From: Flexilinea sp.
GTDB taxonomy: Bacteria > Chloroflexota > Anaerolineae > Anaerolineales > Anaerolineaceae
Direction: 5' to 3'
Assembly (NCBI GenBank): GCA_036723985.1
Contig: DAIMGK010000005.1
Span: 235 to 64,234, forward strand
Length of the DNA stretch: 64,000 nucleotides
Shown: piece by piece, positions 55,163 through 63,912 of the stretch
Layout of the letters: each line of letters opens with the position of its first letter
Position numbering within the stretch: the stretch's first letter is position 1
Made by a program: the position numbers and the translations under genes
Notes under the pieces: generated by a model
The model's input: the letters and a program-made list of their open reading frames with translations, nothing else
Databases searched by the model: none
Told to the model about the DNA's origin: nothing

Positions 55163-57031
55163 TTATTCGACTGTCACCGATTTTGCCAGGTTCCGCGGTT
55201 TATCAACATCCAGCCCCCTCGCGACACTGGTATAGTAGGCCAAAAGCTGGAGCGGTATAACAGCAAGGCTCCCGGCAAAATGAGGGTCTGTTTTCGGAAT
55301 ATAGATCGTAAAATTGACCGCATCCTCAATGGAATAGTTGCCATAACTGGTCACACCCATCAGGTAAGCACCTCTGGCCTTGCATTCCGCCATATTGCTG
55401 ACCGTTTTTTCGATCAGCTCTTTTTGTGTCAGCACACCGATAACCAGCGTATTATCTTCGACCAGGCTGATCGTCCCGTGTTTCAATTCACCGGCGGCAT
55501 ATGCCTCTGAGTGGATATAGGAGATCTCCTTCATCTTCAAACTGCCTTCGAGGCTGATCGCGTGGTCAAGACCCCTGCCGATGAAAAAGATATCACGCGC
55601 GTTCGCGTATTTCGCGGAGAACCATTGGATCCGTTCCTTATCCTCCAAAACTCGTTCCATTTTGTCAGGAAGCGCGTTCAGTTCGCAGATCAGACGTTCA
55701 TAAGCGGTCAAATCGATTTTCTTCCGTACCAGAGCCAGATGCAGGGAGAGACAGTACATGGCTGCCAGCTGGGCACTGTAGGCTTTTGTAGTCGCGACGG
55801 CGATTTCCGGACCCGCGAGCGTATAAAGGACCATATCAGCTTCTCTTGCGATCGTTGAGCCGAGAACATTGACTATTGCCAGGGTTTTAATCCCTTTTTC
55901 TTTGGCGGTACGCAGCGCCGCCAGACTATCCGCTGTTTCGCCTGATTGGGAAATCACGACTGCCAGCGCGTTTTTATCCAGAAGCAGTTTCCTGTATCGG
56001 AATTCTGAAGCTAATTCCACCCGGACCGGAATTTCAGCCATATCTTCGATCAGATATTGTGAAACCATTCCGACATGCCAGGCGGATCCGCAGGCGACAA
56101 TGTGGATCGATGATAAGGATTTCAAAAGTTCATCGGTAATGCCGGCTGTCTCAAGGTTGACCCTGTTTTCTTTGATCAGACTGTTGAGTGTGTCCCGGAC
56201 AGCTTTCGGCTGCTCATGGATCTCCTTGATCATGAAATGTTCAAAACCGCCTTTTTCAGCCGCTTCCGCATCCCAGGTGATCAGAACCGTATCCTTTTGG
56301 ATCTCATCTCCGTTCAGGTCGAAGAACGATACGGCTCCCGGAGTGATCCGGGCGCATTCCCGGTTTCCGATATAGTAAACATTTCTGGTGTATTTCAGAA
56401 TTGCGGGGACATCCGATGCGAGGTATGATTCTCCGTCGGAGATCCCGATGATCAGCGGGGAGTCTTTTCTGGCAACATAGATTTCTCCGGGAAAATCTTT
56501 AAACATTAAAGCCAGGGCATAGCTTCCCCGGACCCGTACCATCATACGGTTGATCGCGTCCACAGGACCGATCCTGTATTTTTTATAATAATAATCAACC
56601 AGCTTGATAACGACTTCAGTATCTGTGCCGCTGTAAAAATGATAACCGTGGTGCAGCAGTTTCTGCTTCAGTTCATCAAAGTTTTCGATGATACCGTTAT
56701 GGACGCCGACGACTTCGGATTCCACAGGACCGGATGCGGATGATCTCGCGTTACCGCTGACATGGGGATGCGCATTGACCTCGTTCGGCTCTCCATGGGT
56801 CGCCCAGCGGGTGTGTCCGATACCGCACGTGCCCGGAAGTGAATGTCCGTTATCTGTTTTTTCTGCGAGATTCCGCAGTTTTCCTGTCGCTTTAACCACT
56901 TCGGCAAGCTGTGTCCCGTTTCGAACTGCCAGCCCTGCTGAATCATATCCCCGATATTCAAGCTTTGACAATCCGTCCAGCAAGATCGGTGCCGCTTCAT
57001 GATTTCCTGTGTATCCTACGATTCCGCACAT
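55163..57031 (-). CDS. glmS: glutamine--fructose-6-phosphate aminotransferase (isomerising)
   Basis: MCGIVGY N-terminal nucleophile, two SIS domains, C-terminal KSVTVE. AGGAG RBS. Confidence 0.97.
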   Translation of the reverse strand: MCGIVGYTGNHEAAPILLDGLSKLEYRGYDSAGLAVRNGTQLAEVVKATGKLRNLAEKTDNGHSLPGTCGIGHTRWATHGEPNEVNAHPHVSGNARSSASGPVESEVVGVHNGIIENFDELKQKLLHHGYHFYSGTDTEVVIKLVDYYYKKYRIGPVDAINRMMVRVRGSYALALMFKDFPGEIYVARKDSPLIIGISDGESYLASDVPAILKYTRNVYYIGNRECARITPGAVSFFDLNGDEIQKDTVLITWDAEAAEKGGFEHFMIKEIHEQPKAVRDTLNSLIKENRVNLETAGITDELLKSLSSIHIVACGSAWHVGMVSQYLIEDMAEIPVRVELASEFRYRKLLLDKNALAVVISQSGETADSLAALRTAKEKGIKTLAIVNVLGSTIAREADMVLYTLAGPEIAVATTKAYSAQLAAMYCLSLHLALVRKKIDLTAYERLICELNALPDKMERVLEDKERIQWFSAKYANARDIFFIGRGLDHAISLEGSLKMKEISYIHSEAYAAGELKHGTISLVEDNTLVIGVLTQKELIEKTVSNMAECKARGAYLMGVTSYGNYSIEDAVNFTIYIPKTDPHFAGSLAVIPLQLLAYYTSVARGLDVDKPRNLAKSVTVE

Positions 57032-57092
57032 CTCAAACTCCTGAATTTATATCTGACGGGTTACATTCCTCAGCATCGTTTATAATCCGAAA

Positions 57093-57108
57093 ATTCTATC
57101 GATAGAAT
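57093..57108. promoter_or_regulatory. 16-bp perfect palindrome upstream of glmS (candidate operator)
   Basis: ATTCTATCGATAGAAT is its own reverse complement, with partly symmetric flanks (cga...tcg). It lies 62-77 nt upstream of the glmS ATG. Confidence 0.45.
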
Positions 57109-57171
57109 ATCGAAGAATCGTTTTATGACAAAACCAGTAACAACGAAATATAACTGTCCCCGGGATTTGCC

Positions 57172-57218
57172 CGAAAAAAGGATGACGGTCCTATCCTTCG
57201 AACAGTGACCGTCCCCTT
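57172..57218 (-). terminator. intrinsic terminator of gltD (GAC...GTC hairpin family, H13)
   Basis: Minus-strand RNA aaggggacggtc...gaccgtcatcctt is followed by uuuuuu. It starts about 19 nt after the gltD stop. Confidence 0.7.
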
Positions 57219-57236
57219 CTGTGTTTTCCGAAGCCT

Positions 57237-58646
57237 CTATTTTTCTCTGCTGAGCCAGGCATGCATCTCCATTGCCGCGGCTCTTCCGTCTGCCAGTGCC
57301 CGGACGACCAGTGACTGGCCGGTGCGCATATCTCCCGCGGAAAAGAAGTGATCTTTCAAATGATGGGAGCGGTCCTTCGGCATCATGTTCCCCCTCGCGT
57401 CCAGATTGATATTGAAGGCTTCCGCGGTGCTTTTTTCACAGCCGGTAAAGCCTGCCGCGATCAGCAGCAGGTCGCAGGGCAGTGTTTCTTCCGTTCCTGT
57501 AACCTGCTCAAAACGTCCTTCCGGTGTCCGTTTCAGCCGGACTGTCTCCACGGCGGAGATCGTTCCGGCATCATTCGTTATGATCTGTCTGATGGTGGTT
57601 TCATAGATCCGCGGGTCGGCTCCCTGTCTGGCGATGGCTTCCGTCTGCCCGTAATCCGTCCGGAGGGTGCGCGGCCATTCCGGCCACGGGTTGGATGAGA
57701 TTCTGTTTTCCGGCGGACATGGCATCATTTCCAACTGTATAACAGATTTGCAGCCCTGCCGCAGCACAGTCCCCGCACAGTCGTTGCCGGTATCCCCTCC
57801 GCCTACGATGATTACGGATTTCCCCGCGGCGGATATCGACGGGGTATGATTGCCGAGAACTGCTTTAGTCGAGGCGGTCAGGAATTCAACGGCAAAGTGA
57901 ACACCCTGGACCGTATCATTTTCCACGTTAAGTCTCCGCGGCTGCTTCGCACCACCGCAAAACATGACCGCATCAAAATCTTCCAGCTTTTCCGGGTCAG
58001 CTTCGGTGTTCAGAAGAAAATGGACACCCTCTTCCCGCATGATATTGATCCGCCGGAAGATAATTTCCTTCGGCAGTTTCATGTTGGGGATTCCGTACAT
58101 CAGCAGGCCTCCGGGACGGTCCTCCCGTTCAAAAACCGTTACCTCATGCCCCATGCGGTTCAGCAGGTCGGCAGCAGCCAGGCCGGAAGGTCCGCTGCCG
58201 ATCACTGCCGCTCTTTTTCCGCTGTGAACGGTGACACGCCGGGGCTGCACCCAGCCATTTTCAAAGCCTGTTTCGATCAGATACAGCTCATTGTCCCGGT
58301 TTGTCACACCGTCATCGGCGAGGTTGCAGGCTTTTTCACATAGCGCGGGACAGACACGGCCGGTAAACTCCGGAAAAGGCGCGGTCTGAAGCAGACGCAG
58401 CAATGCCGCGTGTTCATTCCCGTGCCAGAGCAGGTCGTTCCATTCCGGGATCAGGTTATGCAGCGGACAGCCATAGTCGGATTGGCAGAAGGGAACGCCG
58501 CAGTTCATGCAGCGGGAGGCCTGCTGCTTCCTGTCATCGACAGACAGAGAAACATGCAGATCATTGAAATCCGTAAGACGGTTTTCCGGTTCCCGATATG
58601 GGTTCTCTTTTCGCGAAAATTCCATAAATCCTGTTGTTTTCCCCAT
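57237..58646 (-). CDS. gltD: glutamate synthase (NADPH) small subunit
   Basis: N-terminal Fe-S Cys cluster region and the dinucleotide fold VIGSGPSGLAAA. Starts 4 nt after the gltB stop. Confidence 0.95.
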   Translation of the reverse strand: MGKTTGFMEFSRKENPYREPENRLTDFNDLHVSLSVDDRKQQASRCMNCGVPFCQSDYGCPLHNLIPEWNDLLWHGNEHAALLRLLQTAPFPEFTGRVCPALCEKACNLADDGVTNRDNELYLIETGFENGWVQPRRVTVHSGKRAAVIGSGPSGLAAADLLNRMGHEVTVFEREDRPGGLLMYGIPNMKLPKEIIFRRINIMREEGVHFLLNTEADPEKLEDFDAVMFCGGAKQPRRLNVENDTVQGVHFAVEFLTASTKAVLGNHTPSISAAGKSVIIVGGGDTGNDCAGTVLRQGCKSVIQLEMMPCPPENRISSNPWPEWPRTLRTDYGQTEAIARQGADPRIYETTIRQIITNDAGTISAVETVRLKRTPEGRFEQVTGTEETLPCDLLLIAAGFTGCEKSTAEAFNINLDARGNMMPKDRSHHLKDHFFSAGDMRTGQSLVVRALADGRAAAMEMHAWLSREK

Positions 58647-58650
58647 ACTG

Positions 58651-61600
58651 TCACACTCTCTTTCTGTTCAGATATTCCAGATATTCGTCAGATATCACCG
58701 TCTTGAATGCCGGTAGCCACATTTTAAACGCTGCCAGTATATCTTTTCCGAATGTGGAGTTTGTATATTGAACGTGCATCTCAAGCAAATGCCGGAGCTC
58801 CGCTGCCTGTTTTTCCGGAACATCATGGATCCGGACGATATCGTTATTGATGCGGTCAGCCAAAGTCCCGTCTTCGTCCAGGACCCAGGCAATCCCGCCG
58901 GACATACCGGCGCCGAAGTTTTCCCCGACGGAACCCAGGACCAGGACCCGTCCGCCGGTCATGTATTCACAGCCATGGTCGCCCACACCTTCAACCACCG
59001 CGGAAGCGCCTGAGTTCCGCACGGCAAACCGTTCGCCGGCTCTTCCCGCGATGAAAGCGTATCCTCCTGTGGCTCCGTAAAGCGCCACATTGCCAATCAG
59101 GATGTCCTTCCTTTGCCATACCGCGTCTACAGGCGGACAGATCGCCAGTGTACCGCCGGACAGTCCTTTGCCGAGATAGTCATTCGCCACACCATAGAGC
59201 GAGATCCGCTGTCCTTTTTGAAGGAACGTGCCGAAGGACTGGCCGCCGCATCCCTGTGCCTGGATCTCCCGTTCGCCCTGCAGCAGTGTGCCGAAAGCAC
59301 GGTCTGTGGTGGTCAGCTGCACATGGTTTTGAATGAGCCGGGCATCTGTACGCTCATGCAGGGCAAAATCATGCTTCGCTTCCGGCTGCATATGGATATT
59401 CATAGAGAAACCGGTCAGGTCCGACAGGTCGATTTTTGCTCCTTCTTTCTCCCGCAGCAGGTCGCTCCTGCCTACCAGCTCATTGACCGTCCGGGCTCCG
59501 AGCCCTGCCATGATCTCCCGCAGTTGCTCGGCGATGAAGATCATAAAACGTTCCACATATTCCGGTTTTCCTTTAAACCGCTGCCGCAGTTCGGGATTCT
59601 GCGTCGCGATGCCGAAAGGACAGGTTCCCAGATGGCATACCCGCATCATCCGGCATCCCATGGTCACCAGCGGAGCCGTCGCAAATCCGAACTGTTCCGC
59701 CCCTAACAGCAGCGCTACCGCTACATCATGTCCCGTCATCAGTTTGCCGTCTGTTTCCAGCGTGACGGTCTGCCGCAGACGGTTGCGGCACAGTACCTGA
59801 TGTGTCTCAGCCAGACCGATCTCCCATGGCAGCCCGGTATGATGTACACTGCTCATGGGGGCCGCGCCGGTACCGCCTTCACCGCCGGAGATCAGGATAC
59901 CGCCCGCTCCGGCTTTTGCCACGCCGCTGGCGATGGTCCCCACGCCTGTGGAGGAAACCAGCTTTACCGTGATTTTCGCGTTTTCGTTGGCGCACTGAAG
60001 GTCGTAGATCAGTTCAGCCAGGTCTTCAATGGAATAGATATCATGGTGAGGCGGTGGGGAGATCAGGGAGATGCCGGGGACGGAACAGCGGGTCTTTGCG
60101 ATACTGTTCGTTACTTTCGCTCCGGGAAGGTGGCCCCCTTCACCGGGCTTCGCTCCCTGTGCCATTTTGATCTGGATCTCATTTGCCGAAAGCAGATAAT
60201 CCCGGGTCACGCCGAAACGTCCGGATGCGACCTGTTTGATGGCTGAATTCAGCGAAGTCCCGTAACGTTCCGGCAGTTCACCGCCTTCCCCGCTGTTGCT
60301 CCTGGCTCCCAGCCTGTTCATGGCGGCAGCCATGCATTCATGCGCTTCCTGTGAGATTGACCCGTATGACATAGCTCCTGTCCGGAAGCGTTTGACGATC
60401 TGTTCTGCGCTTTCCACCTCTTCGATCGGGACCGGGCTGCAAAGGTCAAAACGGAAATCCAGCATGGAACGGATCGTGCGCGGTCCCTCATTTTCGACCA
60501 GTCCGGCATATTCGTCAAAGATCTTTTTGTCGTTCGTCCATACAGCCTGCTGGAGCAGATGGATCACTTTCGGGCTGTAAAGATGCTCTTCCGTATCCGG
60601 ACCTGTGCGCAGCTTGTGCCTGCCGATGCCGGGAAGCTCCTTTTTCAGCGGATCCCTGAAAGCGGAATCATGATAGAACCGGCTGTCCGTTTCGACTGCG
60701 GAAAGGTCTGTCCCTCCCAGTAATGCCGGTGTGTTGGTAAAGTACAGGTCAATATACTGCTGGTCCAGACCTATGGATTCAAAGAGCTGTGCGCTCTGAT
60801 AAGCCTGCAGTGTGGAAACACCCATCTTGGACGCGATCTTCAGGATCCCGGCTGTCAGGGCATGATCATATTTTTGGACTGATTCCTCAGCTTGTCCGGA
60901 ATACTGCTGCCGGATACAGGCATGTGCCAGATACGGATTTACCGCCCGGGCACCGTAAGCGATCAGCATCGCCATCTGATGCACATTCCTCGGTTCCCCG
61001 CTCTCCAGGATCACAGAGACAGCAGTGCGTTTTTTGATCCGGATCAGATGCTGTTCCAGCGCCGAAACCGCAAGGAGGGAAGGGATCGCGAGGTGGTCCG
61101 TATCCAGGCCGCGGTCCGAAAGGATCAGAACGTTTACACCGTCCCGGCATGCCGCGTTGCAGCTGGTGAAAAAGTTCGCAAGAGCTTTCCGCAGCCGCTG
61201 CCGGACCGGATAGAGCAGTGATACGACCCGTACATGATAGGCGGGATGGTCGATCAAACGGATGCGTGATAATTCTTCATCGGTGAGAATAGGTGATGAG
61301 AGTTCCATGATATTACAGTTTTCGGGTCCGTCCGAAAGGAGGTTCCCGTCATCGGCGATATAGATGGAACAGTCTGTCTTGCATTCCTCCCGCAGCGCGT
61401 CAATCGGCGGGTTGGTCACCTGGGCAAAACGCTGCTTGAAGTAATCATAGAGGGAAGGATGGGCTTTTGAGAGGACTGCCAGGGGTTCGTCCGCGCCCAT
61501 GGATACGATGGGTTCCGTACCGGTTTCCGCCATGGGGAACATTGTATCACAAAGGTCCTCATAAGCGTATCCGAAGGCTTTGCACAGGGTTTGGATATCT

Positions 61601-62952
61601 TCCGGCTCCCTTTTCATATTCGTTACGGGCAGATCACTCAGGTGAATGATATTTTTGACCCACTCGCCGTATGGATGCAGATCGGCAAAATATGTTTTGA
61701 GCGCTTCGCTTTCCGTCAATTCTCCGGTGGAAAGATCCGCTTTCAGAATATCTCCGGACTTCAGTTTCCAGCGTCTCCGGATATGGGCATTTTCCTCAAA
61801 TAATACTCCGGCTTCGGACGAAAGGATCAGCCGTTTATCATCTGTCAGGGCACAGCGCAGCGGACGCAGCCCGTTCCGGTCCAGCGAGGCGCAGACACAG
61901 TCTCCGTCTGCGTATAATATCGCCGCGGGTCCGTCCCAGGGTTCCATCATCGCGGAATAATAGCGGTACAGATCGCGCCAGGGTGTTTCCCGCTTCTGGC
62001 CCTGCCACGGTTCGGGCAGAAGGATCATCCCCGCCAGCGGCAGGGGAAAACCGTTCATCGCCAGAAATTCAAGTGTGTTGTCCAGCATCTGTGAGTCGCT
62101 TCCGTCCGGGTCGATCACAGGAAGTGTTTTCCGCATGGCGTCACCCATCACTTCGGAACGCATGGTCTCTTCCCTGGCTTTCATGCGGTCGTGATTGCCC
62201 CGGATCGTGTTGATCTCCCCGTTGTGGAGAAGCATTCGCATCGGATGGGCTTTGGACCAGCTGGGGAAGGTGTTCGTTGAAAATCGGGAATGGACCATCG
62301 CCATCTGTGAGACGTATCGGACATCCTGCAGATCATCATAGAAGGAGCGCAGCTGGTTTACAAGCATCATCCCTTTGTAAACGATCGTCCGGCAGGAAAG
62401 CGAGCAGATGTAGGTCTCGGTATTCTGTTTTTCAAATATCCTGCGCAGGATATACAGCTTCCGGTCAAAATCGATTCCCGGCTGTATTTTCGCGGGACGT
62501 TTTAAAAAACACTGCCGGATCCGCGGCATCGTCCGCCTTGCGCCCGCTCCCAGCTGGGCCGGGTGGCAGGGTACATTCCGCCATCCCAGGACCGGTATTC
62601 CTTCTGAGACTGCCAATTGTTCAAAGATCCTGCAGACATTCTGCGCTCCGACCTCATCCTCCGGCAGGAAGAACATCCCAACCCCATAATCTCTCGGTTC
62701 TCCGAGTGTAATGCCTTCTTCTTCCGCCCAGCCCTTGAACAGATCATGCGGAATTTGTGTCATAATGCCGACGCCGTCACCTGTTGTGCCCAGCGCGTCG
62801 CTGCCTGCCCGGTGAGCCAGCCGTTCCACGATAGTCAGGGACTGGTCGACCGTCCGATGGGTGGCTCTGCCGCTGAGGTCGACGATCGCCCCCACTCCGC
62901 AGGATTCATGTTCAAATTCAGACCGCCAAAGCGGATAATCAGGATCACGCAT
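58651..62952 (-). CDS. gltB: glutamate synthase large subunit
   Basis: 1433 aa. N-terminal amidotransferase nucleophile HESCGVGAIV, FMN/Fe-S central domain, C-terminal GXGXG-repeat domain. AGGAGG RBS. Confidence 0.95.
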   Translation of the reverse strand: MRDPDYPLWRSEFEHESCGVGAIVDLSGRATHRTVDQSLTIVERLAHRAGSDALGTTGDGVGIMTQIPHDLFKGWAEEEGITLGEPRDYGVGMFFLPEDEVGAQNVCRIFEQLAVSEGIPVLGWRNVPCHPAQLGAGARRTMPRIRQCFLKRPAKIQPGIDFDRKLYILRRIFEKQNTETYICSLSCRTIVYKGMMLVNQLRSFYDDLQDVRYVSQMAMVHSRFSTNTFPSWSKAHPMRMLLHNGEINTIRGNHDRMKAREETMRSEVMGDAMRKTLPVIDPDGSDSQMLDNTLEFLAMNGFPLPLAGMILLPEPWQGQKRETPWRDLYRYYSAMMEPWDGPAAILYADGDCVCASLDRNGLRPLRCALTDDKRLILSSEAGVLFEENAHIRRRWKLKSGDILKADLSTGELTESEALKTYFADLHPYGEWVKNIIHLSDLPVTNMKREPEDIQTLCKAFGYAYEDLCDTMFPMAETGTEPIVSMGADEPLAVLSKAHPSLYDYFKQRFAQVTNPPIDALREECKTDCSIYIADDGNLLSDGPENCNIMELSSPILTDEELSRIRLIDHPAYHVRVVSLLYPVRQRLRKALANFFTSCNAACRDGVNVLILSDRGLDTDHLAIPSLLAVSALEQHLIRIKKRTAVSVILESGEPRNVHQMAMLIAYGARAVNPYLAHACIRQQYSGQAEESVQKYDHALTAGILKIASKMGVSTLQAYQSAQLFESIGLDQQYIDLYFTNTPALLGGTDLSAVETDSRFYHDSAFRDPLKKELPGIGRHKLRTGPDTEEHLYSPKVIHLLQQAVWTNDKKIFDEYAGLVENEGPRTIRSMLDFRFDLCSPVPIEEVESAEQIVKRFRTGAMSYGSISQEAHECMAAAMNRLGARSNSGEGGELPERYGTSLNSAIKQVASGRFGVTRDYLLSANEIQIKMAQGAKPGEGGHLPGAKVTNSIAKTRCSVPGISLISPPPHHDIYSIEDLAELIYDLQCANENAKITVKLVSSTGVGTIASGVAKAGAGGILISGGEGGTGAAPMSSVHHTGLPWEIGLAETHQVLCRNRLRQTVTLETDGKLMTGHDVAVALLLGAEQFGFATAPLVTMGCRMMRVCHLGTCPFGIATQNPELRQRFKGKPEYVERFMIFIAEQLREIMAGLGARTVNELVGRSDLLREKEGAKIDLSDLTGFSMNIHMQPEAKHDFALHERTDARLIQNHVQLTTTDRAFGTLLQGEREIQAQGCGGQSFGTFLQKGQRISLYGVANDYLGKGLSGGTLAICPPVDAVWQRKDILIGNVALYGATGGYAFIAGRAGERFAVRNSGASAVVEGVGDHGCEYMTGGRVLVLGSVGENFGAGMSGGIAWVLDEDGTLADRINNDIVRIHDVPEKQAAELRHLLEMHVQYTNSTFGKDILAAFKMWLPAFKTVISDEYLEYLNRKRV

Positions 62953-62974
62953 AGCTTTCCTCCTGTTGATTGCT

Positions 62975-63020
62975 TTAAATAAAAAGGCGAAGAAATCCCC
63001 TTACGAGACTTCTTTGCCTT
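62975..63020 (-). terminator. intrinsic terminator/attenuator about 30 nt upstream of the gltB RBS
   Basis: Minus-strand RNA aaggcaaagaagucuc-guaag-ggggauuucuucgccuu (about 16 bp including 2 G-U and 1 mismatch) is followed by uuuuauuu. Confidence 0.6.
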
Positions 63021-63030
63021 GCTTGCCATT

Positions 63031-63059
63031 AAATTAGCACAAGCCAAAAAACCTGTCAA
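63031..63059 (-). promoter_or_regulatory. candidate gltB promoter
   Basis: Minus strand reads TTGACA (63054-63059), 17 nt spacer ending in TGc, then TAATTT (63031-63036). The weak -10 and the position immediately upstream of the terminator hairpin make it uncertain. Confidence 0.4.
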
Positions 63060-63093
63060 GAAAAGAACTGAAATTTATGACAGAACAGGGGGA

Positions 63094-63128
63094 GGGAATA
63101 GTGAATAGGGAATAGGGAATAGGGAAGA
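63094..63128. repeat. period-7 array (GGGAATA x5)
   Basis: gggaata gtgaata gggaata gggaata gggaaga. Confidence 0.9.
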
Positions 63129-63163
63129 AGTAAAAGGGATCAGGGCTCAATTAGGTTTTAGGT

Positions 63164-63198
63164 GCAGGGAGTAAGGATTCAGGATTCAGGGTTCAGCC
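63164..63198. repeat. period-7 array (TTCAGGA-like x5)
   Basis: gcaggga gtaagga ttcagga ttcaggg ttcagcc. Confidence 0.85.
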
Positions 63199-63219
63199 AA
63201 TCAATTATCAACAACCACC

Positions 63220-63243
63220 AACTAACTAACTAACTAACTAACT
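63220..63243. repeat. tetranucleotide array (AACT x6)
   Basis: aact aact aact aact aact aact, with degenerate caac/cacc units before it. Confidence 0.95.
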
Positions 63244-63251
63244 ACAATCAA

Positions 63252-63293
63252 CTATTGACTAATGACTATTGACTATTGACTATTGACTACTCG
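63252..63293. repeat. period-7 array (CTATTGA x6)
   Basis: ctattga ctaatga ctattga ctattga ctattga ctactcg. The last unit contains the stop codon (cta 63287-63289) of the ANTAR gene. Confidence 0.95.
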
Positions 63294-63871
63294 TACGTCT
63301 TGATTATCTCTTCCGCAACGGCGCGGCGGGAGATGCAGCGGTCCATGGCCTGTTTTTCAATGAAGCGGTGTGCCTGGGGTTCTTCCATTTTCAGCTCGGT
63401 GATCAGGAGCCATTTCGCCCGGTTGACCAGGCGGATCTCCGCCATCTTTTCTTCAATGGAAAGCGTTTTGTTTTCCATTTTTCGAAGCCGTTCCCGGGCG
63501 CTCATCATCCAGTCCAGTGCGAGCGAAAAAGTCTGGGAGGAAAGCGGTTTGGGCAAGTAAAAGACACCGGAAGCTGTAAGCTTATCGCGAAGCGTTTCGA
63601 GGATATCAGTACGGACGATAACCAGCGCAACCGTGCTTTTGGAGCTGCTGACATCAATGGCGAATCCGGTCCCGATATCATCCGGGAGCGGTGAGTTGAT
63701 GATGACAAGATCAAACTCCCTTTCGCTCATGAGCCTTTTTGCGGCGCTGATCCCGCTGACATACCGGACCGGGTCAAAATGAGAGGCAGGCAGCAAACCG
63801 GAAAGCGCGTCATTAAAATTATCTGACGCGGACACGACGAGAACGCTGTAGATCTGCTCTTTCAAACCCAT
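63287..63871 (-). CDS. ANTAR-domain RNA-binding antiterminator with N-terminal pseudo-receiver domain
   Basis: C-terminal ANTAR pattern (IRLVNRAKWLLITELKMEEPQAHRFIEKQAMDRCISRRAVAEEII). In the receiver-like N-terminus the phospho-acceptor position reads N (FDLVIINSPLP), while the YLPKP Lys is kept. No SD upstream. Confidence 0.85.
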   Translation of the reverse strand: MGLKEQIYSVLVVSASDNFNDALSGLLPASHFDPVRYVSGISAAKRLMSEREFDLVIINSPLPDDIGTGFAIDVSSSKSTVALVIVRTDILETLRDKLTASGVFYLPKPLSSQTFSLALDWMMSARERLRKMENKTLSIEEKMAEIRLVNRAKWLLITELKMEEPQAHRFIEKQAMDRCISRRAVAEEIIKTYE

Positions 63872-63877
63872 TACAAA

Positions 63878-63912
63878 CCACTGACTGCTGACTGATGACT
63901 ATTGACTGCTCA
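63878..63912. repeat. period-7 array (CTNNTGA x5) filling the gap between two genes
   Basis: ccactga ctgctga ctgatga ctattga ctgctca. The last unit contains the stop (tca 63910-63912) of the upstream partial gene. The array ends 6 nt before the ANTAR start codon. Confidence 0.9.

Noticed and set aside
57032-57236. Possible glmS ribozyme upstream of glmS.
   Set aside because: Only a short stretch loosely resembles the core. The AGCGCC cleavage-site/P2 pairing is missing, and the space left after the gltD terminator is too short for ribozyme plus promoter. It should still be tested with Rfam RF00234.
63020-63100. Canonical ANTAR RNA target (two tandem hexaloop hairpins with A1/G4) upstream of the gltB leader terminator.
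   Set aside because: I found only stems with 14-19-nt loops (gcttg/caagc, tgtca/tgaca) and no hexaloop pair. The ANTAR-gltB link is therefore kept only as a hypothesis.
63094-63293. CRISPR array or other spacer-containing repeat locus.
   Set aside because: Units are 4 or 7 nt with no spacers, and there are no cas genes in the window. These are microsatellite-like arrays.
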